DNA of 18,705 nucleotides from a virus (Duplodnaviria; Heunggongvirae; Uroviricota; Caudoviricetes): IMG/VR virus record IMGVR_UViG_2778261458_000001, positions 1 to 18,705 of that record; one strand, 5' to 3'. Shown piece by piece: positions 7,493 to 15,573 of this stretch (position 1 is its first letter; each line of letters starts with the position of its first letter). The notes under the pieces were generated by a model. It saw only the letters and a program-made list of their open reading frames with translations, ran no database searches and was not told where the DNA came from. The position numbers and the translations under genes were made by a program.

Positions 7493-7771
7493 TTACCTCC
7501 AGATCCGTTGCTGGAATGTGCGGGACGGACGCGGTGGGCGTTCGGAATAAGGGAGTCTGACGTAGATTATCCAGAGACGATAATCGAGGCTGAGGGCTTT
7601 CCTAAACTCATACCCACGTCTGCGGTAGTTCTGAATCAGCCACTCGGCCTGTTCTTCGGTGCAGGGGTCGTGCTGATACCAGTCAGATTTGAATGTGTGA
7701 GGATACCGCTCGTGCGTGCAGGCAAGAACGGTCGAATTATTATGATTGTAATATTTTGCGTTGCGTGCCAT
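7493..7771 (-). CDS. Hypothetical small protein (92 aa)
   Basis: ATG 7771 with GGAG SD at good spacing; stop is 2 nt before the ydfU-like start. Cys/His-containing N-terminal half; C-terminal part is low-complexity. Confidence 0.4.
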   Translation of the reverse strand: MARNAKYYNHNNSTVLACTHERYPHTFKSDWYQHDPCTEEQAEWLIQNYRRRGYEFRKALSLDYRLWIIYVRLPYSERPPRPSRTFQQRIWR

Positions 7772-7837
7772 CGGTTTTCTCCGGTGGCACGGTGTTACTC
7801 AGCGGGAGTTCAGCCCCGCGCAAGATTGTAGATGAGT

Positions 7838-8089
7838 TTATTCTTCTGAAAAAGCAGAAAAGCCAGCTTTTATTCCGATCTCTTTCAATGCCTGTAATGA
7901 AGTGACAAACTCACCTTCGCGCAAGATAAATCCGTCCGTGACCCGAGCATCCACAAAATTAATTAACGCAGCCCCATTCTTTCGCAAACACAGAATGCGG
8001 TAATGACTAACAATGTTTCCATTTTCAACGCACACAGCATAGAGGCCATCTTCACAAAAAATTTTACGCAGTTCTTCGATGTTCATCAT
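7838..8089 (-). CDS. rem: Rem-like prophage protein
   Basis: 83 aa starting MMNIEELRKIF..., same length and neighbourhood (next to hok) as Qin rem; GGAAGGA SD upstream. Confidence 0.8.
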   Translation of the reverse strand: MMNIEELRKIFCEDGLYAVCVENGNIVSHYRILCLRKNGAALINFVDARVTDGFILREGEFVTSLQALKEIGIKAGFSAFSEE

Positions 8090-8204
8090 CAGAATCCTTC
8101 CGGATAATTAGCTCTCCCCGTTAAGGGACCATCCCTCTTATCCCTGCGCGCTACTTAAGTATTTTTGATTCTATTCCGACACCGTCAATAACTTCAAACG
8201 CGTT

Positions 8205-8236
8205 GAAAATAAAAACAAAAACCCGCCGAAGCGGGT
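8205..8236 (-). terminator. Rho-independent terminator at the 3' end of the hok transcript
   Basis: Stem ACCCGC/GCGGGT (8221-8236) with CGAA tetraloop, followed on the minus strand by UUUUGUUUUUAUUUU. Confidence 0.55.
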
Positions 8237-8305
8237 TAAGTGCGGGTGCGTTGAGGATGCCTGACACATCAGAGGTGGCGAGGGATTTCTCCCCCGCCTG
8301 GTCTC

Positions 8306-8461
8306 TTACTCCTCAGGTTCGTAAGCTGTGAAGACAGCGACCTCCGTCTGGCCGGTTCGGATTCGCACCTCGCAGAGGTCTTTCCTCGTTACCAGTGCCG
8401 TCACTATGATGGTTAAACAGATGACGATCAGGGCGATTAACATCGCCTTTTGCTGCTTCAT
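8306..8461 (-). CDS. hokD: Hok-family type I toxin (HokD/RelF-like)
   Basis: MKQQKAMLIALIVICLTIIVTALVTRKDLCEVRIRTGQTEVAVFTAYEPEE (51 aa), near-identical to remembered HokD; AAGGAG SD 9 nt upstream of ATG 8461. An in-frame upstream ATG at 8518 would add 19 residues. Confidence 0.9.
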   Translation of the reverse strand: MKQQKAMLIALIVICLTIIVTALVTRKDLCEVRIRTGQTEVAVFTAYEPEE

Positions 8462-8636
8462 AGCCTGCTTCTCCTTGCCTTTCGGCACGTAAGAGGCTAA
8501 CCTACATGTGTTCAGCATGGATTGAGCCTCAGATTAATGTTAAGCGTCTTGCCGGACGCGTGATGTTAACTGGGGCTTTTCTCTATCTGCCGTTGGTGTT
8601 CATGCCCGAGGCAGATAGCCTCAAGCACCCGCAGCC

Positions 8637-8666
8637 ATTCTACTTAACTTCCCATTACATCGCCAA
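8637..8666 (-). promoter_or_regulatory. Candidate hok promoter
   Basis: Minus-strand TTGGCG (8666-8661), 18-nt spacer, TAGAAT (8642-8637); predicted transcript to the terminator is about 415 nt, the size expected for hok mRNA. Confidence 0.35.
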
Positions 8667-9007
8667 TATGAAATCAGTTTGAGTGGTCATAATGACGCTC
8701 CCTTGTTATTGTTTTGCTTAAGGTCTCAATCATCGGGTTATGAGACGTACAGGGTGAAACTACCGGATCACCGCACGGTGAGCTTTTCGGCTATCACATT
8801 CGCCTGCCATTATTCAGATGTGCACGTACATACGACGATAAAAAAACACTCTCGGCGTGTGTTTGCCGTGGTGAATATCAGGGTGCTATATCCCGACGCC
8901 ATATTTTGCTGAAGTACGTTGGACTGTGGGTTGGTTCATTGACATAGCAGTTATCTGTCTTCAAATCCCTGAACAAACGATGCGAACGAGAATCAATATC
9001 AAATGTA

Positions 9008-9057
9008 TTGACAAGTAAAACAGTAACGATGTACCTTTGCTGATAACATATATCAGC
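9008..9057 (+). promoter_or_regulatory. Candidate promoter/operator upstream of the esterase gene
   Basis: Perfect TTGACA at 9008-9013 and a perfect 7-5-7 palindrome GCTGATA-ACATA-TATCAGC at 9039-9057, about 110 nt upstream of the esterase start. Confidence 0.3.
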
Positions 9058-9164
9058 GATTAAATCATAATGGAGGTAGATAAAAAACCTAGATTCATAC
9101 AACAAATTGTTCATCAGTGACATAGCATATCTTAATAATCCTTTAATGCTCATGGGGAGAACGT

Positions 9165-9938
9165 ATGACTAAACACATGGACATTCATTGTCAAACACGC
9201 ATATTTAACTCAATTAACTATGACACAAAATATAAAATATGCGTTTTTACTCCAAAAAACATTAAAAAAAATAATACAACTCTTTATATACTTGATGGAA
9301 ATAGCGCCAACAATAACATTTCTGATATTCTTCCTGTTATTGATGCACTACCCAATCCACCAGTGTTAGTTACACTGAGTTACGAATCTTTGGATAAGCT
9401 TAATATTCACCGCCGTGCTTACGATTACACTCCTGGTGGTGAAAATGCTATTATTGATAACTCCAAACCAGCATGGATCTACTTCACTGGTGGAGGAAGT
9501 CAGAGTTTCCGAGAGTTATTGCTAACTCAGATCATGCCCTGGGTCAGCACCATTGTTCCGACATCCTCAAAACTCGGTATATGGGGACACTCACTAGGTG
9601 CTATTTTTGTTCTTGATTGTTTAAAAAACAATTCATGTTTTAACTATTATTATATCTCAGCACCATCACTTCTATGGCAGGATGAAAGAATCATCAAGAT
9701 CATAAAAAATGACATGCCAGAATCAAAGCATACTAAAAGTATATGCTTACTTAGCGGAGATCTTAGCCTTGATTACTCCACATCTTTATATCCTGAAGCC
9801 ATTAAAGCAGAATCTGTTTTGAAAAATATTTTAGCAGAAAAATATAGTAATTTTTCTGTCGTACAATTTCCAGAACTCAATCATCAGGAGACTTTCGCTG
9901 CTGCACTCTGGAATAGTATTATTCATTTCAGCATATAA
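9165..9938 (+). CDS. Alpha/beta-hydrolase, esterase family (Fes/IroE/esterase-D-like), AT-rich moron
   Basis: 257 aa; GxSxG nucleophile elbow in IWGHSLGA, upstream YILDGNS and DYTPGG segments typical of the putative-esterase fold; GGAGA SD before ATG 9165. Visibly lower GC than flanks and opposite orientation to neighbours. Confidence 0.8.
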   Translation: MTKHMDIHCQTRIFNSINYDTKYKICVFTPKNIKKNNTTLYILDGNSANNNISDILPVIDALPNPPVLVTLSYESLDKLNIHRRAYDYTPGGENAIIDNSKPAWIYFTGGGSQSFRELLLTQIMPWVSTIVPTSSKLGIWGHSLGAIFVLDCLKNNSCFNYYYISAPSLLWQDERIIKIIKNDMPESKHTKSICLLSGDLSLDYSTSLYPEAIKAESVLKNILAEKYSNFSVVQFPELNHQETFAAALWNSIIHFSI

Positions 9939-10302
9939 CAGCAGAGATATAATCACTTTATCACTCTGGCTAACATAACTGACATCAATCCTAATGGGTC
10001 ATTGAGCATATTAATAAGCACAGTAAAAGATAACCCCTAATTTGTGCATTGCTGTGTTCTTAGACCCATTAAAATATTCCATTTGTTTTTCAGATAATCA
10101 TAACCACATTCACTTAGCCACCTTCTATATTATCCCCCCAATTTCTTAGTTGGAACTGGTTCAACTCTTACACTCGCATACTGGGACCACTTTATCAACA
10201 TACGAATAGCATCCATGCTGCGAATTATTGCTATGCAATTTCCATATATCTACACTTTTCCCATCTGTTACAATACCAGAAGCTAAAGATTTCATATTGT
10301 TT

Positions 10303-10719
10303 TCACTGCTCCATCATTACTCCTGTGCAAAATATCAAAACTCTCTGCATCACTTCACTGTTACGGCACTCATTACAAATTATATTATGACGCCTGTCGT
10401 AGCGACGTATTTCTCCGTCATCTAATGACCAGATAAGGCCCGGATCAACCACAGCGGGTTTCTTCGCCCTTGCCCTAGTGAGTTTTTTGCGGGCATTTTG
10501 CCAGTCCTTACGAGCCTGTTCAGACGGGAATAACCCGTAACCAGAGTTGTATACATCGCCACTGGCAACCAGCTCTCTGGCGAGAACGCTCATCAGATAT
10601 CTTGTCGCACCTGTCTTGGCTTCCAGTTGCCGTAACGTCTCGCGTCCACTCCGGCGTACCAGTTCAACAACCTGCCCTTTAATTTTTTCTCGCTCTTCTT
10701 GTGTAAATACTTTTGCCAT
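10303..10719 (-). CDS. Hypothetical prophage protein
   Basis: ORF 10303-10734 (ORF-track start is TTG); first ATG at 10719 (MAKVFTQEEREKIKG...). Basic central region; C-terminal end runs into the AT-rich island. Confidence 0.45.
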   Translation of the reverse strand: MAKVFTQEEREKIKGQVVELVRRSGRETLRQLEAKTGATRYLMSVLARELVASGDVYNSGYGLFPSEQARKDWQNARKKLTRARAKKPAVVDPGLIWSLDDGEIRRYDRRHNIICNECRNSEVMQRVLIFCTGVMMEQ

Positions 10720-10734
10720 AAGCGCCCCCGGCAA

Positions 10735-11496
10735 TCACTTTTCCGACACAATACGACTGGAGGAATCGACAATCTGTCGGACAATATCCCGGTGCTTGTT
10801 CAGCTCCCGCAGCGCGGCGCAGACACGCTCCCACTTCTGGACATGATTTTTCGCCCGACGCAATTCGCGGTTTGCCATATGCAGCGATGGTAAAACCAGG
10901 TCATCCGCTCGCGTTTCAGTAAACGATGGCAACGATTGCACAATATCAGCCACAGTTTCTATTTTAATATCTTCCTGTGTTGCAACTTCCTGTACTGGTA
11001 ACGCAACACCTGCTGGCTGAGGAAAGGCTTTACCATCGGTTTCCGCTACCGATTCAACTTTCGGCTCTGCTGGTAAATTATCACCCGGTATGCAGTAACG
11101 AAATTTACCGTTCTGGTTTACACGAATCAGACGACCTTTGCTGATTGCCATTGCCAGCGTTGAAGCTACTTTGCGGGATGTGGTACCGGACAGCGTAGCC
11201 AGTTCATCCGCCGTTTGTGGTCCACGTTGTTCAATCGTCGCAGTTAAATCGCTCTCCGAAATTTTAGCGACTGTTGCCGTGGTGGTTTCTTCCGGCAGTT
11301 CTGCCCGCGCTGGCTGTTCCTGCTGAACGTTGTTATAAGCCACACGCCAGGTGTATACGCTTTTATCAACGAAGCCAGCCTTTTTCAGTTCCCACAGCTC
11401 GTTCAGCACTTCTTCACGACTGATATCAAGTCGCGCAGCCAGCTCTACCGATGTGGCTTTTCCCATCGCTTTCAGTGCGTCAAAAACAGTCTCCAT
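10735..11496 (-). CDS. Hypothetical protein with N-terminal winged-helix-like domain
   Basis: 253 aa; strong GGGAGG SD before ATG 11496; N-terminal [28 protein letters not shown] resembles a wHTH; acidic/coiled C-terminal half. Confidence 0.55.
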   Translation of the reverse strand: METVFDALKAMGKATSVELAARLDISREEVLNELWELKKAGFVDKSVYTWRVAYNNVQQEQPARAELPEETTTATVAKISESDLTATIEQRGPQTADELATLSGTTSRKVASTLAMAISKGRLIRVNQNGKFRYCIPGDNLPAEPKVESVAETDGKAFPQPAGVALPVQEVATQEDIKIETVADIVQSLPSFTETRADDLVLPSLHMANRELRRAKNHVQKWERVCAALRELNKHRDIVRQIVDSSSRIVSEK

Positions 11497-11528
11497 AAAT
11501 TTCCTCCCGGTAAAAATTACTTCTCAAA

Positions 11529-12194
11529 TCAGACAAACCCAGCCGCTTTCCGGCGTTCATATTCCTGTTTCAGCAACTCAATTGGCGTTGGTCCCGCAGG
11601 ACGTTTGGGTGCTGCCAGTTGTCGCCGGACAGGCGGAACACTCAGGCCGTTACTAACATGCTTTGCCCATTTCGTCAGCTGCCGTTCTGCAAGCCGTTTT
11701 AACTCCCCTTCGGTCATCTGCCGCTCAATCCCCTTTGAACGCATCTCGAGGCAAATGTGATACAGCACAGGCTGAGACCACGGGTATTTATCGCTCCCGT
11801 CGTATCGCCAGGACTCGTTGCGCCAGCGACGGTACTCCTCCATCACGGCATCCACCGTCAGACCGAATGGATTGGCTCCGCTTTCAGAAATCAGCGCCAC
11901 AAACTCAGCCAGGTCCGGAGGCCATGTTTCACCCGCCCGGCAGCGGTCCATGCACTGGCGGCAGACCTGTCGGATTTGCTGCTCAGTCATCGCACCAATC
12001 TGTGCAATCCAGAGCTTCGAAGGTGCGGCCCCATTCTTCTGGGTCCAGCGGTTCGAATAAACCACCCCCATGAGTTCCCACAGCTTCCAGGCCGTTTCCG
12101 TCGCTGATAAATCCGTTTTCACGTTCCCACTGCTCACGTGCTGCCCGAATTTCCTGAACTGCCCGTGATGCGGTGCCACCTGGTGCTGCTGCAT
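11529..12194 (-). CDS. Replication protein, lambda P-like (helicase loader)
   Basis: 221 aa; AAGGGAG SD before ATG 12194; segments GAMTEQQIRQV...FVALI and DKYPWSQPVLYHICLEM...LKRLAERQL align with remembered lambda P (GITTMEQVNAG...FVAWC; ESYPWKSNAHYWLVTNL...LRRKAADEL). Confidence 0.75.
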   Translation of the reverse strand: MQQHQVAPHHGQFRKFGQHVSSGNVKTDLSATETAWKLWELMGVVYSNRWTQKNGAAPSKLWIAQIGAMTEQQIRQVCRQCMDRCRAGETWPPDLAEFVALISESGANPFGLTVDAVMEEYRRWRNESWRYDGSDKYPWSQPVLYHICLEMRSKGIERQMTEGELKRLAERQLTKWAKHVSNGLSVPPVRRQLAAPKRPAGPTPIELLKQEYERRKAAGFV

Positions 12195-13023
12195 GGTTTA
12201 CTCCCTTGCTGACTGGTTTAACCTGCGCCCTGACGTGATTTACGTGACGGGCGAATTTCTGCTCCCACTGAATCTGCGTAAATACTTTCCCCTCCGCTGC
12301 CCAGTAGTCCCGGAAGGCGGCAAGTTCAGCAGGTGTAAATTCTGTCTCCGGCAAAGCCATCCCCCACAACGCAGCCCGTCGTCGAAAATCCCGTGACGGA
12401 TACCAGCTATCGATCATCGGAAATTTTCCGATGGGTTCGCTCAGGCCATCCAGGAATACAGAGGGTGCTGGCTGTAACGACAAAACTTCCTGCTCACTGG
12501 TCGGAGCACTCTCGCGTGCGTTATGTGTGGGGGTTAGATCTTTGGGTTCCTTTGGGTTCCGTGATCCGTTTTTGGGTGTCTTTGATGGAAAATTTGGGTG
12601 TCTTTGGTTATTTTCCATGCAGCTAAAAGTTCCGTTTTTGGGTCTGTTTTGTGCTGAAACATAACCATTTTCGGTACTGTTTTTATTAACAGCACCAATT
12701 TTACCCACCTTTAAAGACTCCCGTTTTTGGGTGTATTCAGGCTCGGCAACACTTTCTTCTACACCGATAAGTCGGTACACCACAATTTGCTTTGTTCTGC
12801 CTTTTCTCTCACCGGTATCAACAATTAACCCAATCTCCATCAGGTGTCGTAAGCTGTCCTGCACAGTCTTTTTGTTCAGTTCCGTTACTTCTGCCAGGGC
12901 AGATACAGACGGGTATGCACACAAATCGGCACCGCACATATCAGCAAGCCAGGTCAATACTGACTTACTGGATGAACTGCCGGTTTTCACCTTTTTAGCC
13001 CATCGTAGTGCATCGATACTCAT
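11983..13023 (-). CDS. Replication initiator, lambda O-like (N-terminal wHTH, iteron-encoded linker, C-terminal domain)
   Basis: ORF 11983-13098; probable start ATG 13023 (MSIDALRWAKKVK...). Low-complexity linker is encoded by the iteron array; C-terminal 70 codons overlap the P-like gene out of frame. Confidence 0.75.
   Translation of the reverse strand: MSIDALRWAKKVKTGSSSSKSVLTWLADMCGADLCAYPSVSALAEVTELNKKTVQDSLRHLMEIGLIVDTGERKGRTKQIVVYRLIGVEESVAEPEYTQKRESLKVGKIGAVNKNSTENGYVSAQNRPKNGTFSCMENNQRHPNFPSKTPKNGSRNPKEPKDLTPTHNARESAPTSEQEVLSLQPAPSVFLDGLSEPIGKFPMIDSWYPSRDFRRRAALWGMALPETEFTPAELAAFRDYWAAEGKVFTQIQWEQKFARHVNHVRAQVKPVSKGVNHAAAPGGTASRAVQEIRAAREQWERENGFISDGNGLEAVGTHGGGLFEPLDPEEWGRTFEALDCTDWCDD
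12541..12734. repeat. Origin-type iteron array inside the O-like gene
   Basis: Six copies of a TTTGGGTKYC core: 12541-12550, 12551-12560, 12566-12580, 12589-12602, 12631-12646, 12721-12734, with an AT-rich spacer around 12650-12710. Confidence 0.7.
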
Positions 13024-13546
13024 ACGACCCCCTGGCAGACATTTGTTTATCTGCAAAGTAATATTGGTATTGCTGACGATAAGCGTGCTTGAAAGCAATA
13101 GCTTTTTCTATAAGCTCGTCAGTCTCACGTTCCACAACAGCTGGATCCGCAAAAAGCAGCCCGGACTCCACCACATCGCCATATTCTTTGTTTAACCCGG
13201 CAATCATGTACGTAATGCTTTTTCCGTCAGTAATTTCACAATACAACCTGAAATCGCTGATCCGGATAGCCTCCATAATTGCCGGAATCAGCGCCGTGAA
13301 TTTTTCCCGCTTATCCCTGGTGTCGATAGCTTTCCAGCGTTCGAATATCTTCACCCGGTTAACGCCCAGCGCCCGTTGATCAACCGCGCCATCATCAAAC
13401 GTGACGCGTTGAACATCGATGTTCGGGCGTTCTTTCAGAGCCCAGAAGGCCTCTGTGATTAATATCGTCGCCTGCTCCTGTGTCATTCCTGGTCGGCATA
13501 CCCAGGCATCCAGAGCTTCACAAACCTGTTCAGGGGTGATTTTCAT
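12995..13546 (-). CDS. YdaT-like protein at the cII position
   Basis: 183 aa; contains REKFTALIPAIMEAI, resembling the REK...LIPAIL segment I recall in Rac YdaT; overlaps dicC stop by 17 nt and O-like start by 29 nt. Confidence 0.5.
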   Translation of the reverse strand: MKITPEQVCEALDAWVCRPGMTQEQATILITEAFWALKERPNIDVQRVTFDDGAVDQRALGVNRVKIFERWKAIDTRDKREKFTALIPAIMEAIRISDFRLYCEITDGKSITYMIAGLNKEYGDVVESGLLFADPAVVERETDELIEKAIAFKHAYRQQYQYYFADKQMSARGSYEYRCTTMG

Positions 13547-13757
13547 TGTTCAACCGCCCCGCCCGCTTTGCCTTACGATATTCGTCATAAACTTTGGGGT
13601 CGTACTGAAGTTCCCCGCCAGATGCCTCTTGCAGGCGCATCGCGCGACCTTCAGGAACCAGTTCCCCCCATGCAGCAATGCTTGCCAGCCTAACTCCTGC
13701 GGCATTGGCAAGCTTTGTTTTGCTGCCAAAAAACGCTATAGCATCAATTTTCAACAT
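13530..13757 (-). CDS. dicC: Cro-like repressor DicC (P22-Cro type)
   Basis: 75 aa, MLKIDAIAFFGSKTKLANAAGVRLASIAAWGELVPEGRAMRLQEASGGELQYD, pattern of P22 Cro/DicC (FG..R..A...G......W.E.IPE..A.RLE...G.L); divergent from dicA. Confidence 0.85.
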   Translation of the reverse strand: MLKIDAIAFFGSKTKLANAAGVRLASIAAWGELVPEGRAMRLQEASGGELQYDPKVYDEYRKAKRAGRLNNENHP

Positions 13758-13765
13758 ATCGATCT

Positions 13766-13783
13766 CCTTAGATTTTCCTAAGG
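13766..13783. promoter_or_regulatory. Palindromic operator in the dicC-dicA intergenic region
   Basis: Perfect inverted repeat CCTTAG-ATTTTC-CTAAGG; related half-sites (ACCTAAGT) follow at about 13801. Confidence 0.5.
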
Positions 13784-13833
13784 AAACTAGATCGTAGAGA
13801 AACCTAAGTCAAGAAAAATTAGAATTCCCTAAT

Positions 13834-14241
13834 ATGAAAAACGAAACCTTCGGTGCTCGCCTCTTACATAGGCGTAAAAAATTAAAACTGTCTCAGGCCG
13901 CATTAGGTAAGCTGGTCAAAGTGGCTCACGTAACAATTTCTCAATGGGAAAGAGATGAAACACAGCCGGCGGGGAAAAGATTATTCGCACTGAGCCAAGC
14001 GCTTCAGTGCTCACCGACTTGGCTTCTTTTTGGGGATGAAGATAAACAACCAGGCGAACCGATCCCGGATAATCAGCCAGCCATTCTGACAGAAGATCAA
14101 AAAGAGTTACTTCAACTGTTCGACGCACTGCCTGAGTCAGAGCAAAAGGCCCTGTTGTCAGAGATGCGTGCTCGAGTTGAAAATTTCAACAAACTTTTTG
14201 AAGAACTACTCAAAGCTCGCAAAAGAAGCGCAAACAAATAA
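13834..14241 (+). CDS. dicA: Repressor DicA (HTH, XRE family)
   Basis: 135 aa; LFALSQALQCSPTWLLFGDEDKQP and MRARVENFNKLFEELLKARKR match remembered DicA closely. Confidence 0.9.
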   Translation: MKNETFGARLLHRRKKLKLSQAALGKLVKVAHVTISQWERDETQPAGKRLFALSQALQCSPTWLLFGDEDKQPGEPIPDNQPAILTEDQKELLQLFDALPESEQKALLSEMRARVENFNKLFEELLKARKRSANK

Positions 14242-14310
14242 TCCCCTTTTTTCTCCACACCCTGTAATAAAAAGCACAAACTTTCAAACACTTGTGTCTT
14301 TTACATCAAA

Positions 14311-14367
14311 AAACTTAGGTTTTTCTACATAAAAATCTTGACCACCCACCTTAGGTTATTCTAAATT
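14311..14367 (+). promoter_or_regulatory. Candidate dicB-operon promoter with operator repeats
   Basis: Repeats CTTAGGTTTTTCTA (14311-14330) and CCTTAGGTTATTCTAA (14349-14365) share the half-site of the dicA-dicC operator; TTGACC at 14338-14343 with TAAATT 18 nt downstream. Confidence 0.4.
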
Positions 14368-14443
14368 TCATTCATCAAGACACCGCACGGTGTTCTCAGC
14401 AAACAGTTCCGCTACCCCGGCGTTAAGGGGAAATGAGGTCAGC

Positions 14444-14599
14444 ATGGATACTATCGATCTTGGCAACAACGAATATCTGGTGTGCGGCGTGTTTCCCAAC
14501 CAGGACGGCACGTTCACCGCGATGACGTATACCAAAAGCAAAACGTTTAAAACCGAAGCTGGCGCGCGTCGCTGGCTGGAAAGAAACTCAGGTGAGTGA
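14444..14599 (+). CDS. ydfA: YdfA-like small protein (51 aa)
   Basis: ATG 14444 with GAGG SD; MDTIDLGNNEYLVCGVFPNQDGTFTAMTYTKSKTFKTEAGARRWLERNSGE; first ORF of the operon, same length as K-12 YdfA. Confidence 0.8.
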   Translation: MDTIDLGNNEYLVCGVFPNQDGTFTAMTYTKSKTFKTEAGARRWLERNSGE

Positions 14600-14600
14600 T

Positions 14601-14729
14601 ATGGATTTCGACACAATCATGGAAAAGGCTTACGAAGAATACTTCGAAGGCCTTGCCGAAGGCGAAAAAGCTCTCAGCTTCAGTGAGTTTAAACAGGCGC
14701 TTTCCAGCTCGGCAAAAACTAACGGCTGA
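14601..14729 (+). CDS. ydfB: YdfB-like small protein (42 aa)
   Basis: ATG 14601, one nt after ydfA stop, AGGTGA SD; MDFDTIMEKAYEEYFEGLAEGEKALSFSEFKQALSSSAKTNG. Below the ORF-track size cut-off, so translated by hand. Confidence 0.75.
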   Translation: MDFDTIMEKAYEEYFEGLAEGEKALSFSEFKQALSSSAKTNG

Positions 14730-14758
14730 TAAGCGAAGCAGCACCGCGAGGAATCAGT

Positions 14759-14977
14759 ATGCAGAAACGAGAACCCGTCATCATCGCGCCAGACTATACC
14801 GATGATGAACTTTATGAGTGGATGCGCCAGAAAATTAATGCAGCGCAGGATCTGAAATGGGCCAATGAAGCCAGGGCTAAGCAGGCTGAAAATCTGTCCG
14901 CTCTGGAGCAGGATATCACCAGGCTGGAAAAAGCAGCGGCATTAAGCATTGCCAGAATGATTACATGCCCGCGTTAA
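14759..14977 (+). CDS. ydfC: YdfC-like protein (72 aa)
   Basis: MQKREPVIIAPDYTDDELYEWMRQKINAAQDLKWANEARAKQ..., same length and order as K-12 YdfC. Confidence 0.8.
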   Translation: MQKREPVIIAPDYTDDELYEWMRQKINAAQDLKWANEARAKQAENLSALEQDITRLEKAAALSIARMITCPR

Positions 14978-14999
14978 TAGCTAACCAACGAGGCTAATA

Positions 15000-15329
15000 A
15001 TGGAATTTAAAGATTTACCAATGCAATTCCAGGAAATGGCAGCGAATATAGTTCGTTCCCAACTGGCGACTCTTGACCTGAGTACCGTAGAAAAAGAAAC
15101 CATCGATACTATATCCGGTAACGTGCGTCGTGCCTTTATCGGTCTGTACGAAGAGAAGCAGCTCTCTGATAACCTGGATTTACATGAAAAATACTTCCTG
15201 GATCTAATGGACATCATTGATAAGGGGTTTGGCTTGTTAATGAAAAAGAAAGGGATTCGAATAGAACCCCTTGAAAATTACCTTGCAACAAAAAGCATTA
15301 ATTCTTTTGATTCAAAACAAGAGAATTAA
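15000..15329 (+). CDS. Hypothetical protein (109 aa), AT-rich, in-operon orientation
   Basis: ATG 15000 preceded by GAGG; predicted all-helical; 3' end overlaps the convergent minus-strand ORF by 32 nt. Confidence 0.5.
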   Translation: MEFKDLPMQFQEMAANIVRSQLATLDLSTVEKETIDTISGNVRRAFIGLYEEKQLSDNLDLHEKYFLDLMDIIDKGFGLLMKKKGIRIEPLENYLATKSINSFDSKQEN

Positions 15330-15573
15330 TTACAGATTTAACATGCTCTTTCTCATGATTGAAGCTCTCATGATTGAAAGTGCCTGGTTGAAGCGAGTCG
15401 ATATAATCAACAAGACTCTGTCGTACGACTTCATTTTTATCCATTACAGATGCAAGAAATGAAATTGCTAAAAGAGTTATATCACTACGCGCCGCAGCAT
15501 GCTGCAATGCTTTATCAAAATTATTAATCTGGCGTATCAGGGAGTTAATGATTTCATCATTTTCAGTCGACAT
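15298..15573 (-). CDS. Hypothetical protein (91 aa), antisense to the dicB operon
   Basis: Internal ATG 15573 of ORF 15298-15942 with strong AGGAGGG SD; MSTENDEIINSLIRQINNFDKALQHAAARSDITLLAISFLASVMDKNEVVRQSLVDYIDSL... The ORF-track N-terminal extension overlaps DicF and looks non-coding. Confidence 0.45.
   Translation of the reverse strand: MSTENDEIINSLIRQINNFDKALQHAAARSDITLLAISFLASVMDKNEVVRQSLVDYIDSLQPGTFNHESFNHEKEHVKSVINSLVLNQKN

Noticed and set aside
8878-9153. 91-aa minus-strand ORF in the AT-rich region upstream of the esterase
   Set aside because: No SD, the ATG overlaps the esterase SD, and the product has an odd composition; probably a chance frame.
12541-12734. Possibility that the short direct repeats are a CRISPR array
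   Set aside because: Repeats are about 10-15 nt with irregular short spacing and lie inside a replication-initiator gene; this is an iteron origin pattern.
11138-13379. Plus-strand ORFs antisense to the replication genes (11138-13379 in several pieces)
   Set aside because: Antisense frames of well-supported minus-strand genes; Ser/Pro/Arg-rich translations.
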